Source: a virus
Lineage: Duplodnaviria > Heunggongvirae > Uroviricota > Caudoviricetes
DNA: 23,462 bases
Reading direction: 5' to 3' (one strand)
IMG/VR virus record: IMGVR_UViG_2698536369_000027
Coordinates: 1 to 23,462 of that record
The position numbers and the translations under genes are program-made. Below, in pieces: positions 1-8,215 of the stretch (its first letter is position 1; every line of letters starts with the position of its first letter). The notes under the pieces were generated by a model that saw only the letters and a program-made list of their open reading frames with translations, did not search any database and was not told where the DNA came from.

Positions 1-387
1 TCACTTCAGCGGGTAGTCATCAAACTCACCAGAACGCGCATCGTTGATGATGTAGGTGATAACGCCAAAAATTGCATCAGGGCTGGTTCCATCATCGTGC
101 ACCGGTATCTCTTCGCGTCTTCCTGTCTGCAAATCTTTCAGGTGAGGCTTTGGTGATTTTCGATATCGCTTAATCCTCAGCTCACCTTCCATTCTGCAAA
201 CAAGTAATGAGCCGTCGCATGGAGATAGAGATGCATCCACAACCAGAAGTGCACCGTTGAGAATGCCTTCCCGGTAATGCGTTGCACCCGCTCTCATGAA
301 GTACGTTGCCGCTGGTCTCGATATGATGCGCTTGTCGAGCGAAATGCGCTCTTCTACGTAGTCTTGTGCTGGACTCGGGAATCCCAT
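1..387 (-). CDS. UmuD'-like S24 peptidase-family protein (pre-processed UmuD'/HumD-like accessory subunit of translesion synthesis)
   Basis: 128-aa ORF; ATG at 385-387 preceded by a GGAGG RBS; N-terminus MGFPSPAQDYVEERISLD aligns with the start of processed E. coli UmuD' (GFPSPAADYVEQRIDL, recalled from memory); stop codon abuts window position 1-3. Confidence 0.8.
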   Translation of the reverse strand: MGFPSPAQDYVEERISLDKRIISRPAATYFMRAGATHYREGILNGALLVVDASLSPCDGSLLVCRMEGELRIKRYRKSPKPHLKDLQTGRREEIPVHDDGTSPDAIFGVITYIINDARSGEFDDYPLK

Positions 388-404
388 AACTCACCTCCGA
401 TAAT

Positions 405-424
405 TACTGTATATTAATACAGTA
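405..424 (-). promoter_or_regulatory. LexA (SOS) box upstream of the UmuD'-like gene
   Basis: TACTGTATATTAATACAGTA: perfect CTGT-N8-ACAG with AT-rich spacer, near-perfect palindrome, about 18 nt upstream of the ATG and next to the RBS. Confidence 0.75.
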
Positions 425-462
425 TTACCGATCGGCGGTGTCGATCAATAGCGTTTGTGGTG

Positions 463-2679
463 CTACACTTCCCACCATCCTTGTGCTCCTGACATCTTGA
501 TAAATGTTTTTGACCATCCATTTCCTGTTTTTGTTTCCGTGCCAACACTTAGAGGCACTATTCTATTTTCGGATGCTGTACTGCTAAATATAAACGTAAC
601 ACTAGAGGATAAAGATACTCCGCGTATCACCACTCTGTCTCCGGGCTTACCTCCTGTGATTGTGTCAATGCTTTTAGTTGCGGACGATATCCATACATTG
701 CCATGCGAGAATGGAAGTACTGATCCAGTCAATGACTCAAGGGGTTTTGATGGGCATGGCTCACCATAGATTTGTGGGTCGTTTACACCTGCTGGAATAA
801 GCAGTGTGGAGTTATACTTATTACCTGATCCATAAAGAGTTGGCTCAGTTGCTCCGCTCCATGTAATAGGGTAATGAGCAACAGATTTCATAGTAAAATC
901 GTTATCACGCAACCTTAAAATGCACGCCTGAGCATTGATATACGTTAAGGCACCGCTGTTTGCCATCGCGTCAAACCAGTTGCTTCTGAATGTGGCGTCA
1001 GCGTTGTTGAAAACAACAACCGGGTCGAGTTGAGATGCTGCTGATGAACCCCAGAGATGCGCCTTGAAGGTGCAGTTTTGTACCTTCATTCCTTTGACAC
1101 TTCCTATGCGCATGAACTGGAAGCAGTTTTTTAGAATAACGCCATCAACAATAATTGCCCCATCAGAGAAGAATGAAGGGTTTATTGCTGGTTGGGCATG
1201 TAACCCACGAAATGCCGAGTCGATGTTACCGCCTAAAATATGAACCTTGCCCATATTACCGAAAATTCGGTAAGCAGTACTCAAGTCAACTTTAGTTGAC
1301 TGCACCTCGCAGTTGATAAACATAAACGTGTGATCGAAGTTTGACCATGAAGGTAGCGGGTCGCCAGTGGAGCCGTCTTTGTCGGTGGTAATAATCTGGA
1401 CGCTGGAGTTAGCGTATACAGTGTCATCGCTGAACTTAATCTTCATGTTTTCGAAGATAACGTTCTGCGAATAACGCGTAATTCCACGGTCTCCAGAGTA
1501 GCAATAACAAGCTGACTTCGTGTTGTAGGCTGTGATGTTGAGAAAATACGCGTTGTAGCATGATGCCACTCGCCACCATCCATCACAGGTAGACACGTTT
1601 TCTACATTAAACCGCTCGACATGAATATTGTAAGGATGCAAACCATTTGTCATGGTTGAGTTTGTTGCTGGGTTTTCCGGTGCCAGACCATACTCAAAGT
1701 TACATCCAAATTTCCAAGGCCCTCCACTTATCAGGCAGTCATGCAGTCTAATGCCATCTAATTCCCCCATTCCGCAAACAACAAACCCATTGTTTAAACC
1801 TTTCCCTGTAACATTATAAATTCTGTCAATCTCAACGTCACTGGTCATTGCACTTCCAAGATATTGACCACCGACCCAAATCATTACAGTTTGAGGCGCT
1901 GATGGATTGCTGGCGGTTGCATCTGCCCTTGTTTCTGCAACGTCATATACAAAGTTGGATATGCGGACTTTTTTTGAATTGTAAACGACGAAAGTATGGT
2001 TCGCGCGACCACCTGATGTAGGAATAAACCCTTGGACGTTATCCATTATCTTCGCGCCATTGAAGTTCAGCGTGATATTACTGACTCCAATGCATTGCAC
2101 GGTGCCGGTAAGGAGATACGTACTGGATGGATTGCCAATAAACTCCACACCCACGCCGCTGTAGGTGGTGATGGCGGTGTTTAGCGCTGCAGAGCTATCA
2201 AGAACACCCGACTTATCTACGCCCGGCAGATCGTCGATAAACATGAATACACGATCAAGGTATTGCGTGAGATTAACGCCGCCCTTGGTACCAATCAGGT
2301 TTGTTCCTGGAGGGTCAAATGAAGCTAATTGCTGACTGAACTGATCAGGATCATACTTCAGCACATTAGGGAAATAGAATTGCCGCGCCCCATACGCATC
2401 ATAAACAGCCATAGAATGGCCTTGCTCAGTTACGAACTTGGTAATCTGTCCATTATATACAGGGTAACCAGCAGCGTTAATGATGATTGGTTGCGAAACA
2501 GGAACGTGAGAGCCGTCTTCGTTTTCCACATAAACCTGAATCTGGTTTTCAGGATTTACCGGGTCAGTATCAATTTTTCCGATATAAATTTTGCCATTGG
2601 CTACGGCTTTAAAAGAACGCGCCATAGTGAAGAGTTGCGAAGGCATCGATACGATCACATTGGCTGTAATGTCTGTCAT
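463..2679 (-). CDS. Tailspike protein with P22 gp9-like N-terminal head-binding domain and a divergent receptor-binding domain
   Basis: 738-aa ORF; first ~110 aa ([13 protein letters not shown]...[33 protein letters not shown]...VLKYDPDQ) match the P22 tailspike N-terminus from memory; remainder is different and longer than P22 (667 aa). Confidence 0.9.
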   Translation of the reverse strand: MTDITANVIVSMPSQLFTMARSFKAVANGKIYIGKIDTDPVNPENQIQVYVENEDGSHVPVSQPIIINAAGYPVYNGQITKFVTEQGHSMAVYDAYGARQFYFPNVLKYDPDQFSQQLASFDPPGTNLIGTKGGVNLTQYLDRVFMFIDDLPGVDKSGVLDSSAALNTAITTYSGVGVEFIGNPSSTYLLTGTVQCIGVSNITLNFNGAKIMDNVQGFIPTSGGRANHTFVVYNSKKVRISNFVYDVAETRADATASNPSAPQTVMIWVGGQYLGSAMTSDVEIDRIYNVTGKGLNNGFVVCGMGELDGIRLHDCLISGGPWKFGCNFEYGLAPENPATNSTMTNGLHPYNIHVERFNVENVSTCDGWWRVASCYNAYFLNITAYNTKSACYCYSGDRGITRYSQNVIFENMKIKFSDDTVYANSSVQIITTDKDGSTGDPLPSWSNFDHTFMFINCEVQSTKVDLSTAYRIFGNMGKVHILGGNIDSAFRGLHAQPAINPSFFSDGAIIVDGVILKNCFQFMRIGSVKGMKVQNCTFKAHLWGSSAASQLDPVVVFNNADATFRSNWFDAMANSGALTYINAQACILRLRDNDFTMKSVAHYPITWSGATEPTLYGSGNKYNSTLLIPAGVNDPQIYGEPCPSKPLESLTGSVLPFSHGNVWISSATKSIDTITGGKPGDRVVIRGVSLSSSVTFIFSSTASENRIVPLSVGTETKTGNGWSKTFIKMSGAQGWWEV

Positions 2680-2737
2680 TTAATTTGCTCCAGATGCAAG
2701 GAATCGCCGCAGCATGGCTACGGTGAATTTTGGGCAT

Positions 2738-2761
2738 AAAAAAAACCCAGCCGAAGCTGGG
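2738..2761 (-). terminator. Rho-independent terminator between the KilA-N gene and the tailspike gene
   Basis: Minus-strand sense CCCAGC-TTCG-GCTGGG followed by TTTTTTTT: 6-bp GC-rich stem, UUCG tetraloop, 8-U tail. Confidence 0.75.
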
Positions 2762-2780
2762 TCGTTGCGTTGGTTATCTG

Positions 2781-3671
2781 TCAGTAGTTATGTACTGAAG
2801 GAGGTAATTCTTTATTCTTAAGTCTCATCCATGCGGAACGATTCGTTGGTCCGTCTGGCTCATTAATATCAACATCTAGTGTGTGATTGATTAAAACGTC
2901 TCTCGCTATATCGATAATACGGGAGAACTCATAACCGCAGTCATGACATCTGCCGGAATAGTTCGATTGAATTTGTTTCAGCGCCGGATACAATTCGCGG
3001 AATAATGCCTGTGAGCGGTTGGCATAATCCCATAACCATACAAGGCTGTTTGCTTCTTTTGCAGAAAGCTCGTTGGTTTTCTTCTCTTGTTTGCCGATAA
3101 ATTCACCTTCAAGCACTACCCTGTGGATGTACTCTACGGCCAGCGGGATTTGTTCAATTGAAAGTTCATCAATGCTGTCAATACCAAAACGCTGATGAAC
3201 CATATTGTATGCATCGTCATAGCGAAGTCCTTTCTTTCCTACCAGCATGTTTACTGCATCGCGTAGCGGTGTGCGTTCAGCTACTGAAGTTTTACCGCCA
3301 ATACTCTTCCTCTCTTGTGTGGCAGTAACCATTGCGTCATATGCACGGATAACCTTCAGCGCAAATGCTGCGCTAATCCACATGGCGTAGGAGTAAACAA
3401 GCTCCTTGCACACGTAGGTTCCACCATATCGACCTTTCTTAGAAAGGACGGGATTCTTATTCTGCATATCCGCAGAATTAAAAATTTCATTAATCAATTC
3501 AATAGTTTCATTTCTACGCATGAAGAAAGCTGGCTGATGTTTTTCCTCCTTTCCAGACGCTACATGAAGGTCATTAAGCGAGTAACGACCCTCTGAATCC
3601 ATATGAATCTTGACGTCAGAAATGATGATGCTATTAGTGCAATTTACAGTTGACTTTGCTAAGCTTGACAT
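2781..3671 (-). CDS. KilA-N domain antirepressor-like protein (in the ant position of an immI region)
   Basis: ORF to stop at 2781; N-terminal region has KilA-N-like motifs (GRYSLNDL ... [29 protein letters not shown]); preferred start is ATG 3669-3671 with upstream GAGG; alternative GTG at 3735-3737 overlaps the upstream ORF stop. Confidence 0.65.
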   Translation of the reverse strand: MSSLAKSTVNCTNSIIISDVKIHMDSEGRYSLNDLHVASGKEEKHQPAFFMRRNETIELINEIFNSADMQNKNPVLSKKGRYGGTYVCKELVYSYAMWISAAFALKVIRAYDAMVTATQERKSIGGKTSVAERTPLRDAVNMLVGKKGLRYDDAYNMVHQRFGIDSIDELSIEQIPLAVEYIHRVVLEGEFIGKQEKKTNELSAKEANSLVWLWDYANRSQALFRELYPALKQIQSNYSGRCHDCGYEFSRIIDIARDVLINHTLDVDINEPDGPTNRSAWMRLKNKELPPSVHNY

Positions 3672-3733
3672 ATCAATAATACCTCGTAAGTTTTGTTGAT
3701 ACCGAAGCCCTGACTGTTCCCGCAGTTGGGGCT

Positions 3734-3955
3734 TCACTGTTTTTGTAAGTCACTGTAGCTATAAAGCCACTGACCACTCATTTTTGATTTGATTGACTCT
3801 ACTGAGTCACGGCAAGGAATGATTCCGCCTGACATCATTCTGATCTCCGTAAATTCACCACTCCTTATCGATTCAATGCCATCAATGTTAACTAAAGATT
3901 TACCTCTACCAAGTGCATTCTCATAGCCAATCTCATCAACCTCAATAAACCTCAT
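3734..3955 (-). CDS. Hypothetical 73-aa protein, translationally coupled to arc
   Basis: ATG 3953-3955 overlaps the arc stop codon (ATGA-type overlap); its own stop overlaps the GTG of the downstream ORF; no recognisable domain. Confidence 0.5.
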   Translation of the reverse strand: MRFIEVDEIGYENALGRGKSLVNIDGIESIRSGEFTEIRMMSGGIIPCRDSVESIKSKMSGQWLYSYSDLQKQ

Positions 3956-4110
3956 GCCGTTATCCCCTCTCTCTTCAGGCTGTCCAACACTCGCTTGTAA
4001 ATCTCAGAGTTAACAGATCGCCCGTTCTCTTCAGCTACCTTGCGCACCAAATCCAATACTTCTTTAGGCCACCGCAAATTGAACTGCGGCATTTTGCTCA
4101 TTCCTTTCAT
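3952..4110 (-). CDS. arc: Arc transcriptional repressor (ribbon-helix-helix)
   Basis: Translation [52 protein letters not shown] is near-identical to P22 Arc (53 aa, from memory); ATG 4108-4110 preceded by GAGGTGA RBS; the longer ORF-track start at 4173 would read through its own operator. Confidence 0.9.
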   Translation of the reverse strand: MKGMSKMPQFNLRWPKEVLDLVRKVAEENGRSVNSEIYKRVLDSLKREGITA

Positions 4111-4123
4111 ATTCACCTCACAA

Positions 4124-4146
4124 TATGGGTCCACCGTGAACCTATT
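4124..4146 (-). promoter_or_regulatory. Mnt operator-like palindrome
   Basis: Minus-sense AGGTTCACGGTGGACCC, one mismatch from the P22 Mnt operator core GGTCCACGGTGGACC as I recall it; lies between the Pant -10 and the arc start. Confidence 0.6.
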
Positions 4147-4149
4147 GAG

Positions 4150-4178
4150 AATATAGTAGAGTGCTTCTATCATGTCAA
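4150..4178 (-). promoter_or_regulatory. Pant-like promoter with embedded Arc operator
   Basis: Minus-sense TTGACA - 17 nt - TATATT; the spacer plus flanks read ATGATAGAAGCACTCTACTAT, which matches the 21-bp P22 Arc operator from memory. Confidence 0.75.
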
Positions 4179-4200
4179 TACACTAACTTGGGGTGATGGC

Positions 4201-4455
4201 ATGGCTAGAGACGATCCGCACTTTAACTTCCGTATGCCTTTGGAAGTAAGAGAAAAATTGAAATTAAGAGCAGAGGCTAACGGAAGGTCAATGAACTCTG
4301 AGTTATTACAAATCGTTCAGGATGCTCTCTCAAAGCCATCATCAATTGTAGGCTATCGAGACGAAGCTGAGCGAGTCGCGGATGAGCAATCTGACGTTGT
4401 TAAGAAGATGGTCTTTGAAACGCTGAAAAATATTTATAGCAAAAGTAAGTTATAG
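4201..4455 (+). CDS. mnt: Mnt repressor (maintenance of lysogeny; represses Pant)
   Basis: 84-aa translation MARDDPHFNFRMPLEVREKLKLRAEANGRSMNSELLQIVQDALSKP... is near-identical to P22 Mnt from memory; divergent from arc. Confidence 0.9.
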   Translation: MARDDPHFNFRMPLEVREKLKLRAEANGRSMNSELLQIVQDALSKPSSIVGYRDEAERVADEQSDVVKKMVFETLKNIYSKSKL

Positions 4456-4504
4456 GCTTATGACGTACAGTTAACCATATCGATATTGGCTCGCGTGATG
4501 ACAA

Positions 4505-5224
4505 ATGAAAAAAAGCAATGGACTCACATTAAAACTTGACGGAACCACCCCTGGCCAGCTGTCAATGGCTAAGTTGGTCAAGTATATGTCTGCTCTCGTA
4601 GATCTATACGGTTCTGCAGATTCTGTTCACTTCGACTGTGTAAGTGAAGGATCGGCTGACTTAAATGCATGGGTCGATAATGATATTTGTTATAACGCTG
4701 TCATAGCAAGGGCCTCTCTCTCAGCCAAAGAGAAATCACCCGCGTATCAAAAAATTGTTAATTTACTGGAACATGATGGTTTTTCAGCGAAACTACTCGG
4801 ACGAAACCACTCAACCATTATCGCATTCCCGCGAGTAAAAAAGGAGCCAATCCCTTTACTCATAACAAAAACATCAGAAGTTCAAGGAAGGCTATACAGT
4901 GTTGGCGGAAAAGACAACTCAATACCTGTGCGTATTGAGGGAGCCAACGGTGAAACATTCAAGTGCGAGGCAACCCCTGATTTGGCGGCAGCTCTTGGGT
5001 CCCATCTATTCAAATATATTAGGGTTAAAGGAGATGGGTGCTGGGAAAAAAAGAACAACAAATGGGAGCTAAAGAAACTAAAAATAACTTCATTTGTATT
5101 GCTCAAAAAATCATCACTCAAGGATGCTATTAATGCTATCAAGCAAGTTCCTGGAGATCAGTGGTCCGAGGAACGCGATGTTGATTCAATCCTTAGGACT
5201 CTGAGGAAGATAAATTGCGAGTAA
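4505..5224 (+). CDS. Hypothetical 239-aa protein, first gene of the cargo cassette and partner of the PIN nuclease
   Basis: ATG at 4505 is the first start codon after an in-frame stop; no Walker A, HEPN or other motif seen; AT-rich with K-rich C-terminal third; stop overlaps the downstream PIN gene by 10 nt. Confidence 0.6.
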   Translation: MKKSNGLTLKLDGTTPGQLSMAKLVKYMSALVDLYGSADSVHFDCVSEGSADLNAWVDNDICYNAVIARASLSAKEKSPAYQKIVNLLEHDGFSAKLLGRNHSTIIAFPRVKKEPIPLLITKTSEVQGRLYSVGGKDNSIPVRIEGANGETFKCEATPDLAAALGSHLFKYIRVKGDGCWEKKNNKWELKKLKITSFVLLKKSSLKDAINAIKQVPGDQWSEERDVDSILRTLRKINCE

Positions 5225-5763
5225 TTTTAGATACCAATATTCTGGTATACCTACTATCAGATATAGAACACGATTATAGATTATCTGACCCTATACTTGG
5301 TTCTGAGATTCCAGATGCCAAAAGAAGAGCAGAAGCTCTTGTTGATCGAATAGATAACAAGAACGGGACAATCATCGTTCCAACTCCTGTATTGGCGGAG
5401 TTTTTAGTTGGAATCCATAAAGATTACCAACAAGAAAAACTGAATGTTATCAAATCGTTATCGTGCTTCGAAACTGTATCATTTGATGAGTTGGCTGCTA
5501 TTGAATGCGCATCGATACCAACATTAAAAGAATTAAGGAAAATTAGCACAGAAGGTACAGCAAACAAAATTAAGTTTGACAGACAAATAATAGCAATTGC
5601 AAGAGCAATTAATGCTGACGAGGTATGGACTCATGATAAGGGAGTGTTTGAGCGTTGCAAAAGTCTCAATATTCCTGTGTTCACATTATCATCAATAGAA
5701 CCAATTCCGGTTCAAAGTCTCATGGAGTTCTTACACGATTCAGACGATCAGAGATTACACTAA
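5215..5763 (+). CDS. PIN-domain nuclease (VapC-like fold, 182 aa)
   Basis: TTG start at 5215 with GAGGAAGA RBS 5-7 nt upstream; N-terminus RVILDTNILV is a classic PIN beta1 motif; candidate acidic residues D6, E62 (LAEFLVG), D122 (KFDRQIIAIARA), D141 (WTHDKG). Confidence 0.7.
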   Translation: MRVILDTNILVYLLSDIEHDYRLSDPILGSEIPDAKRRAEALVDRIDNKNGTIIVPTPVLAEFLVGIHKDYQQEKLNVIKSLSCFETVSFDELAAIECASIPTLKELRKISTEGTANKIKFDRQIIAIARAINADEVWTHDKGVFERCKSLNIPVFTLSSIEPIPVQSLMEFLHDSDDQRLH

Positions 5764-5890
5764 AATATAATTTTTATGCATCCGTGATAATTACATCCGT
5801 CACTGATACATAAAGCTATAGCCAAAAGTGGACAAACCTTTATCTCACTCCAAACCATCTGGTATCCTGCTAAAAACTAAGGAGGTTGGT

Positions 5891-6280
5891 GTGAAGCAAT
5901 TTCTTGCTGCTATGTTCTTATTCATATCTTTTGGGGCTACAGCAGAGTGCTGGGTCGTTGGAGATATGCGCGGAATAAGCTATTCAGAACGAAATAATTT
6001 CCATCCGGAAGAAGATGGTTTTAGTGGAACATTCATCATTAAGACAAGCGGTGAAGATGCCAGCATCACATATTCTGGGACAGATGCGGGTGGCATGGCT
6101 TACAAAGCATTGTCTAAAAACTCCATCATAGGAATCGGCGCGAATGGCGAAACTCAACGCGTTATCGACTCATGGGTAATACATCCTACTGGAACAGTTT
6201 TAATGTCAAAAACCATTTCCGGTTATGGAAATATGGATTCAACCAAAGCTTTTGTTGGAAAAGTAAAAAGAAAATGTTAG
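5891..6280 (+). CDS. Small exported protein with N-terminal Sec-type signal peptide (~129 aa)
   Basis: GTG at 5891 preceded by AGGAGG with 5-nt spacing; N-terminus VKQFLAAMFLFISFGATAE is a hydrophobic signal peptide with a likely A-x-A-type cleavage site; the ORF-track start at 5828 is GTG without an RBS. Confidence 0.6.
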   Translation: MKQFLAAMFLFISFGATAECWVVGDMRGISYSERNNFHPEEDGFSGTFIIKTSGEDASITYSGTDAGGMAYKALSKNSIIGIGANGETQRVIDSWVIHPTGTVLMSKTISGYGNMDSTKAFVGKVKRKC

Positions 6281-6304
6281 CGATTGAATCCAATTTCCCA
6301 TACG

Positions 6305-8215
6305 TTACTGCTGTGTTGCCTCAGTAACAAACAGCGGCCTGACGGCATTTGCAGCGTTACTTAACGCTCTTTCATAGGCTGGCGTTCCAGCTTTAGTGTT
6401 TGCCAGACGCAAGAGCGCATTCCTTGCTGCTTTGGACTCGTACAAGCGCATGATTGCACCGAAACCAGCTTCAAGCGCCAGTGTTGCCCCAAGAGTCGCA
6501 GTTGCGCCAATCGTTCTAATCCTGTTAGCTTGCGATTGTCCTGTCTGTGTTACTACATTTGCGGCGTCCGACCTTGCTGTTTGCTGTAGAACTTCATGAA
6601 GAGCATCAAGCTCTTTCATGTGTCTCCCACTGAATATCGTGTTATAGATCTGACCGTCAGATTGCGACTTCAACTTATTTAACTCGGTAAGAAATTTTGT
6701 TGGCGAGTCTCCTGCTTTTTCTGCAATCTTGCTAATATAAGCAGCACGCATAGCGTTCTTTCCATCTTCACTAAGAGCAGGCCATATCCTCTTAATATCT
6801 GATGGTTTTCTGCTGAATACAACACTGTTTATTAGCTCTGGAGTAAACTCTTTTTTAGCTTTGTTGAGATTATTCGCAATCCTTTTATTGAGAACTTTAT
6901 TGAAAACGTTGGAGTAGTCAGAGTTTGCTTTGACGTATCTGGCGGCCTCTCCAGCCCCCAAATACCGCGCTGCGTTATTCCTCAAATCTGCCCCCATTGC
7001 CCTCTCCACGGCATCAGTTGCGGCTTTCGCGCTATTAGGAAAAACCATGGCATCTCCCTGAATACTTTCCCTCAAGGCTGACCGCAACTCTCTCAATAGA
7101 CCAAAATCTATATCTGGTTTAGCAAGTTCTTCTCGCAAATCGGATAACCCGCGAATCAAATCCTTATTTGCCACTTTCCCAAGCCTGTTAGCTCTGGTAA
7201 GTACGTTGTCGATAACCTTAATAGATTTTGATGTGTCAACAGGTGTGTCTCCCATTTTGGTTGTAATGTCTTCAATAACGCTTCCGGCCGAATCCTTCCT
7301 TGACTTCAGAGAACCATACAGATCGTCAACAACAACTGATGGGCTATATTCACCATATTTCTCAAGCTGTTTTTTAACTAGCTGACTTCTTTTTGCATAC
7401 TGCTCCGCTCGCTTTGAGCCTGTCCCGAGCAAAGCCCCCTCGGCATCCTGAGTAAGGCCGCGAGTGAAAGCATTTTTCGGCGGGATAACATCAGATGTCA
7501 TTGGTGTCACGCCCATCGATTCTGATGTGGCAATTTTCTTCGCCACTTCTGGTGCAATATCACCTTTAAAGGCAGTTATTCCACGCTCAAGCCCTTTTGC
7601 AACAGTATTAACAGCACCACCTGTTAGCATGCCAACACCTATATCTGTTGCCAGTTTTCCCGCATCATTTTTCTCACTGTTTGCGGCGAGCGATCCGACT
7701 GCGTTTTCTGCCAGAAGACGGGCTGCGCCTTGAGTAATTCGACCAGCAAGTGTTGGCGCCTGAGTTGAAGCACCGCCAACGCCAACAGTAGCCAGGTAAG
7801 GCAATGCCTCCGCAAACACCCTACCTTCTGTCGTTTGTGGAGTCAGAGCACCTTGCTGAAGTCCAAACGCCTGCTCTAATCCCTGAGTTGTTACTCGTGG
7901 CGCTGGTTGATATGTTCCATCACCAATACCGAGTTTACCGCCAGCCCATGCTGCCGCGCTTGTTACAGCATCGGCAACTGATGCCGGTATGTTTGCCACG
8001 TTTACGCCAGCCTGCACCAGTCCGCGACCAGTCTCTTTTACTGCCTCGCCAAGGTCAGACATAAATCCATCTTGCTGTTCTAAAGGCTGCTCTTGATTCT
8101 GAGTTGGTGGATTACTGGAAGACAGCATCCTAGCAATGCGGCGCGCGCCATCAGTATCACCTGCAGCATCAGCATTCCTTAACGCCGTCATCAATTGTTC
8201 ACGACTATAGGCCAT
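6305..8215 (-). CDS. 16: Ejection (injection) protein, P22 gp16-like
   Basis: 636-aa ORF in the conserved P22 order 7-20-16; start overlaps the gp20 stop; Ala/Gly-rich as in P22 E-proteins. Confidence 0.8.
   Translation of the reverse strand: MAYSREQLMTALRNADAAGDTDGARRIARMLSSSNPPTQNQEQPLEQQDGFMSDLGEAVKETGRGLVQAGVNVANIPASVADAVTSAAAWAGGKLGIGDGTYQPAPRVTTQGLEQAFGLQQGALTPQTTEGRVFAEALPYLATVGVGGASTQAPTLAGRITQGAARLLAENAVGSLAANSEKNDAGKLATDIGVGMLTGGAVNTVAKGLERGITAFKGDIAPEVAKKIATSESMGVTPMTSDVIPPKNAFTRGLTQDAEGALLGTGSKRAEQYAKRSQLVKKQLEKYGEYSPSVVVDDLYGSLKSRKDSAGSVIEDITTKMGDTPVDTSKSIKVIDNVLTRANRLGKVANKDLIRGLSDLREELAKPDIDFGLLRELRSALRESIQGDAMVFPNSAKAATDAVERAMGADLRNNAARYLGAGEAARYVKANSDYSNVFNKVLNKRIANNLNKAKKEFTPELINSVVFSRKPSDIKRIWPALSEDGKNAMRAAYISKIAEKAGDSPTKFLTELNKLKSQSDGQIYNTIFSGRHMKELDALHEVLQQTARSDAANVVTQTGQSQANRIRTIGATATLGATLALEAGFGAIMRLYESKAARNALLRLANTKAGTPAYERALSNAANAVRPLFVTEATQQ

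Noticed and set aside
182-394. 70-aa minus-strand ORF overlapping the UmuD'-like gene in another frame
   Set aside because: Wholly contained in the better-supported 128-aa ORF; Arg/Cys-rich composition typical of an out-of-frame translation
455-769. 104-aa plus-strand ORF overlapping the tailspike gene, and the many similar 60-140-aa ORFs antisense to or out of frame with the large minus-strand genes (for example 2329-2739, 3315-3596, 6396-6599, 7464-8064, 8351-9065, 10441-11166, 15021-15392, 17638-17994, 19051-19830)
   Set aside because: All lie inside long ORFs with strong homology-based assignments, and have no RBS or recognisable motifs; they are expected artefacts of the opposite strand of GC-balanced coding sequence
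3672-3737. GTG start at 3735-3737 for the KilA-N gene (318-aa version)
   Set aside because: Not excluded, but the ATG at 3669-3671 has a better RBS and gives a protein that begins at the KilA-N domain; recorded as the alternative
4111-4173. N-terminal extension of the arc ORF (ORF track start at 4173, MIEALYYILNRF...)
   Set aside because: The extension would be translated from the Pant promoter and Arc operator sequence itself; the real start is the ATG at 4108-4110 with a GAGGTGA RBS, giving the 53-aa Arc
5828-5890. Upstream GTG start (5828) for the exported protein
   Set aside because: No RBS, and it would place 21 polar residues in front of the signal peptide; the GTG at 5891 with AGGAGG is preferred
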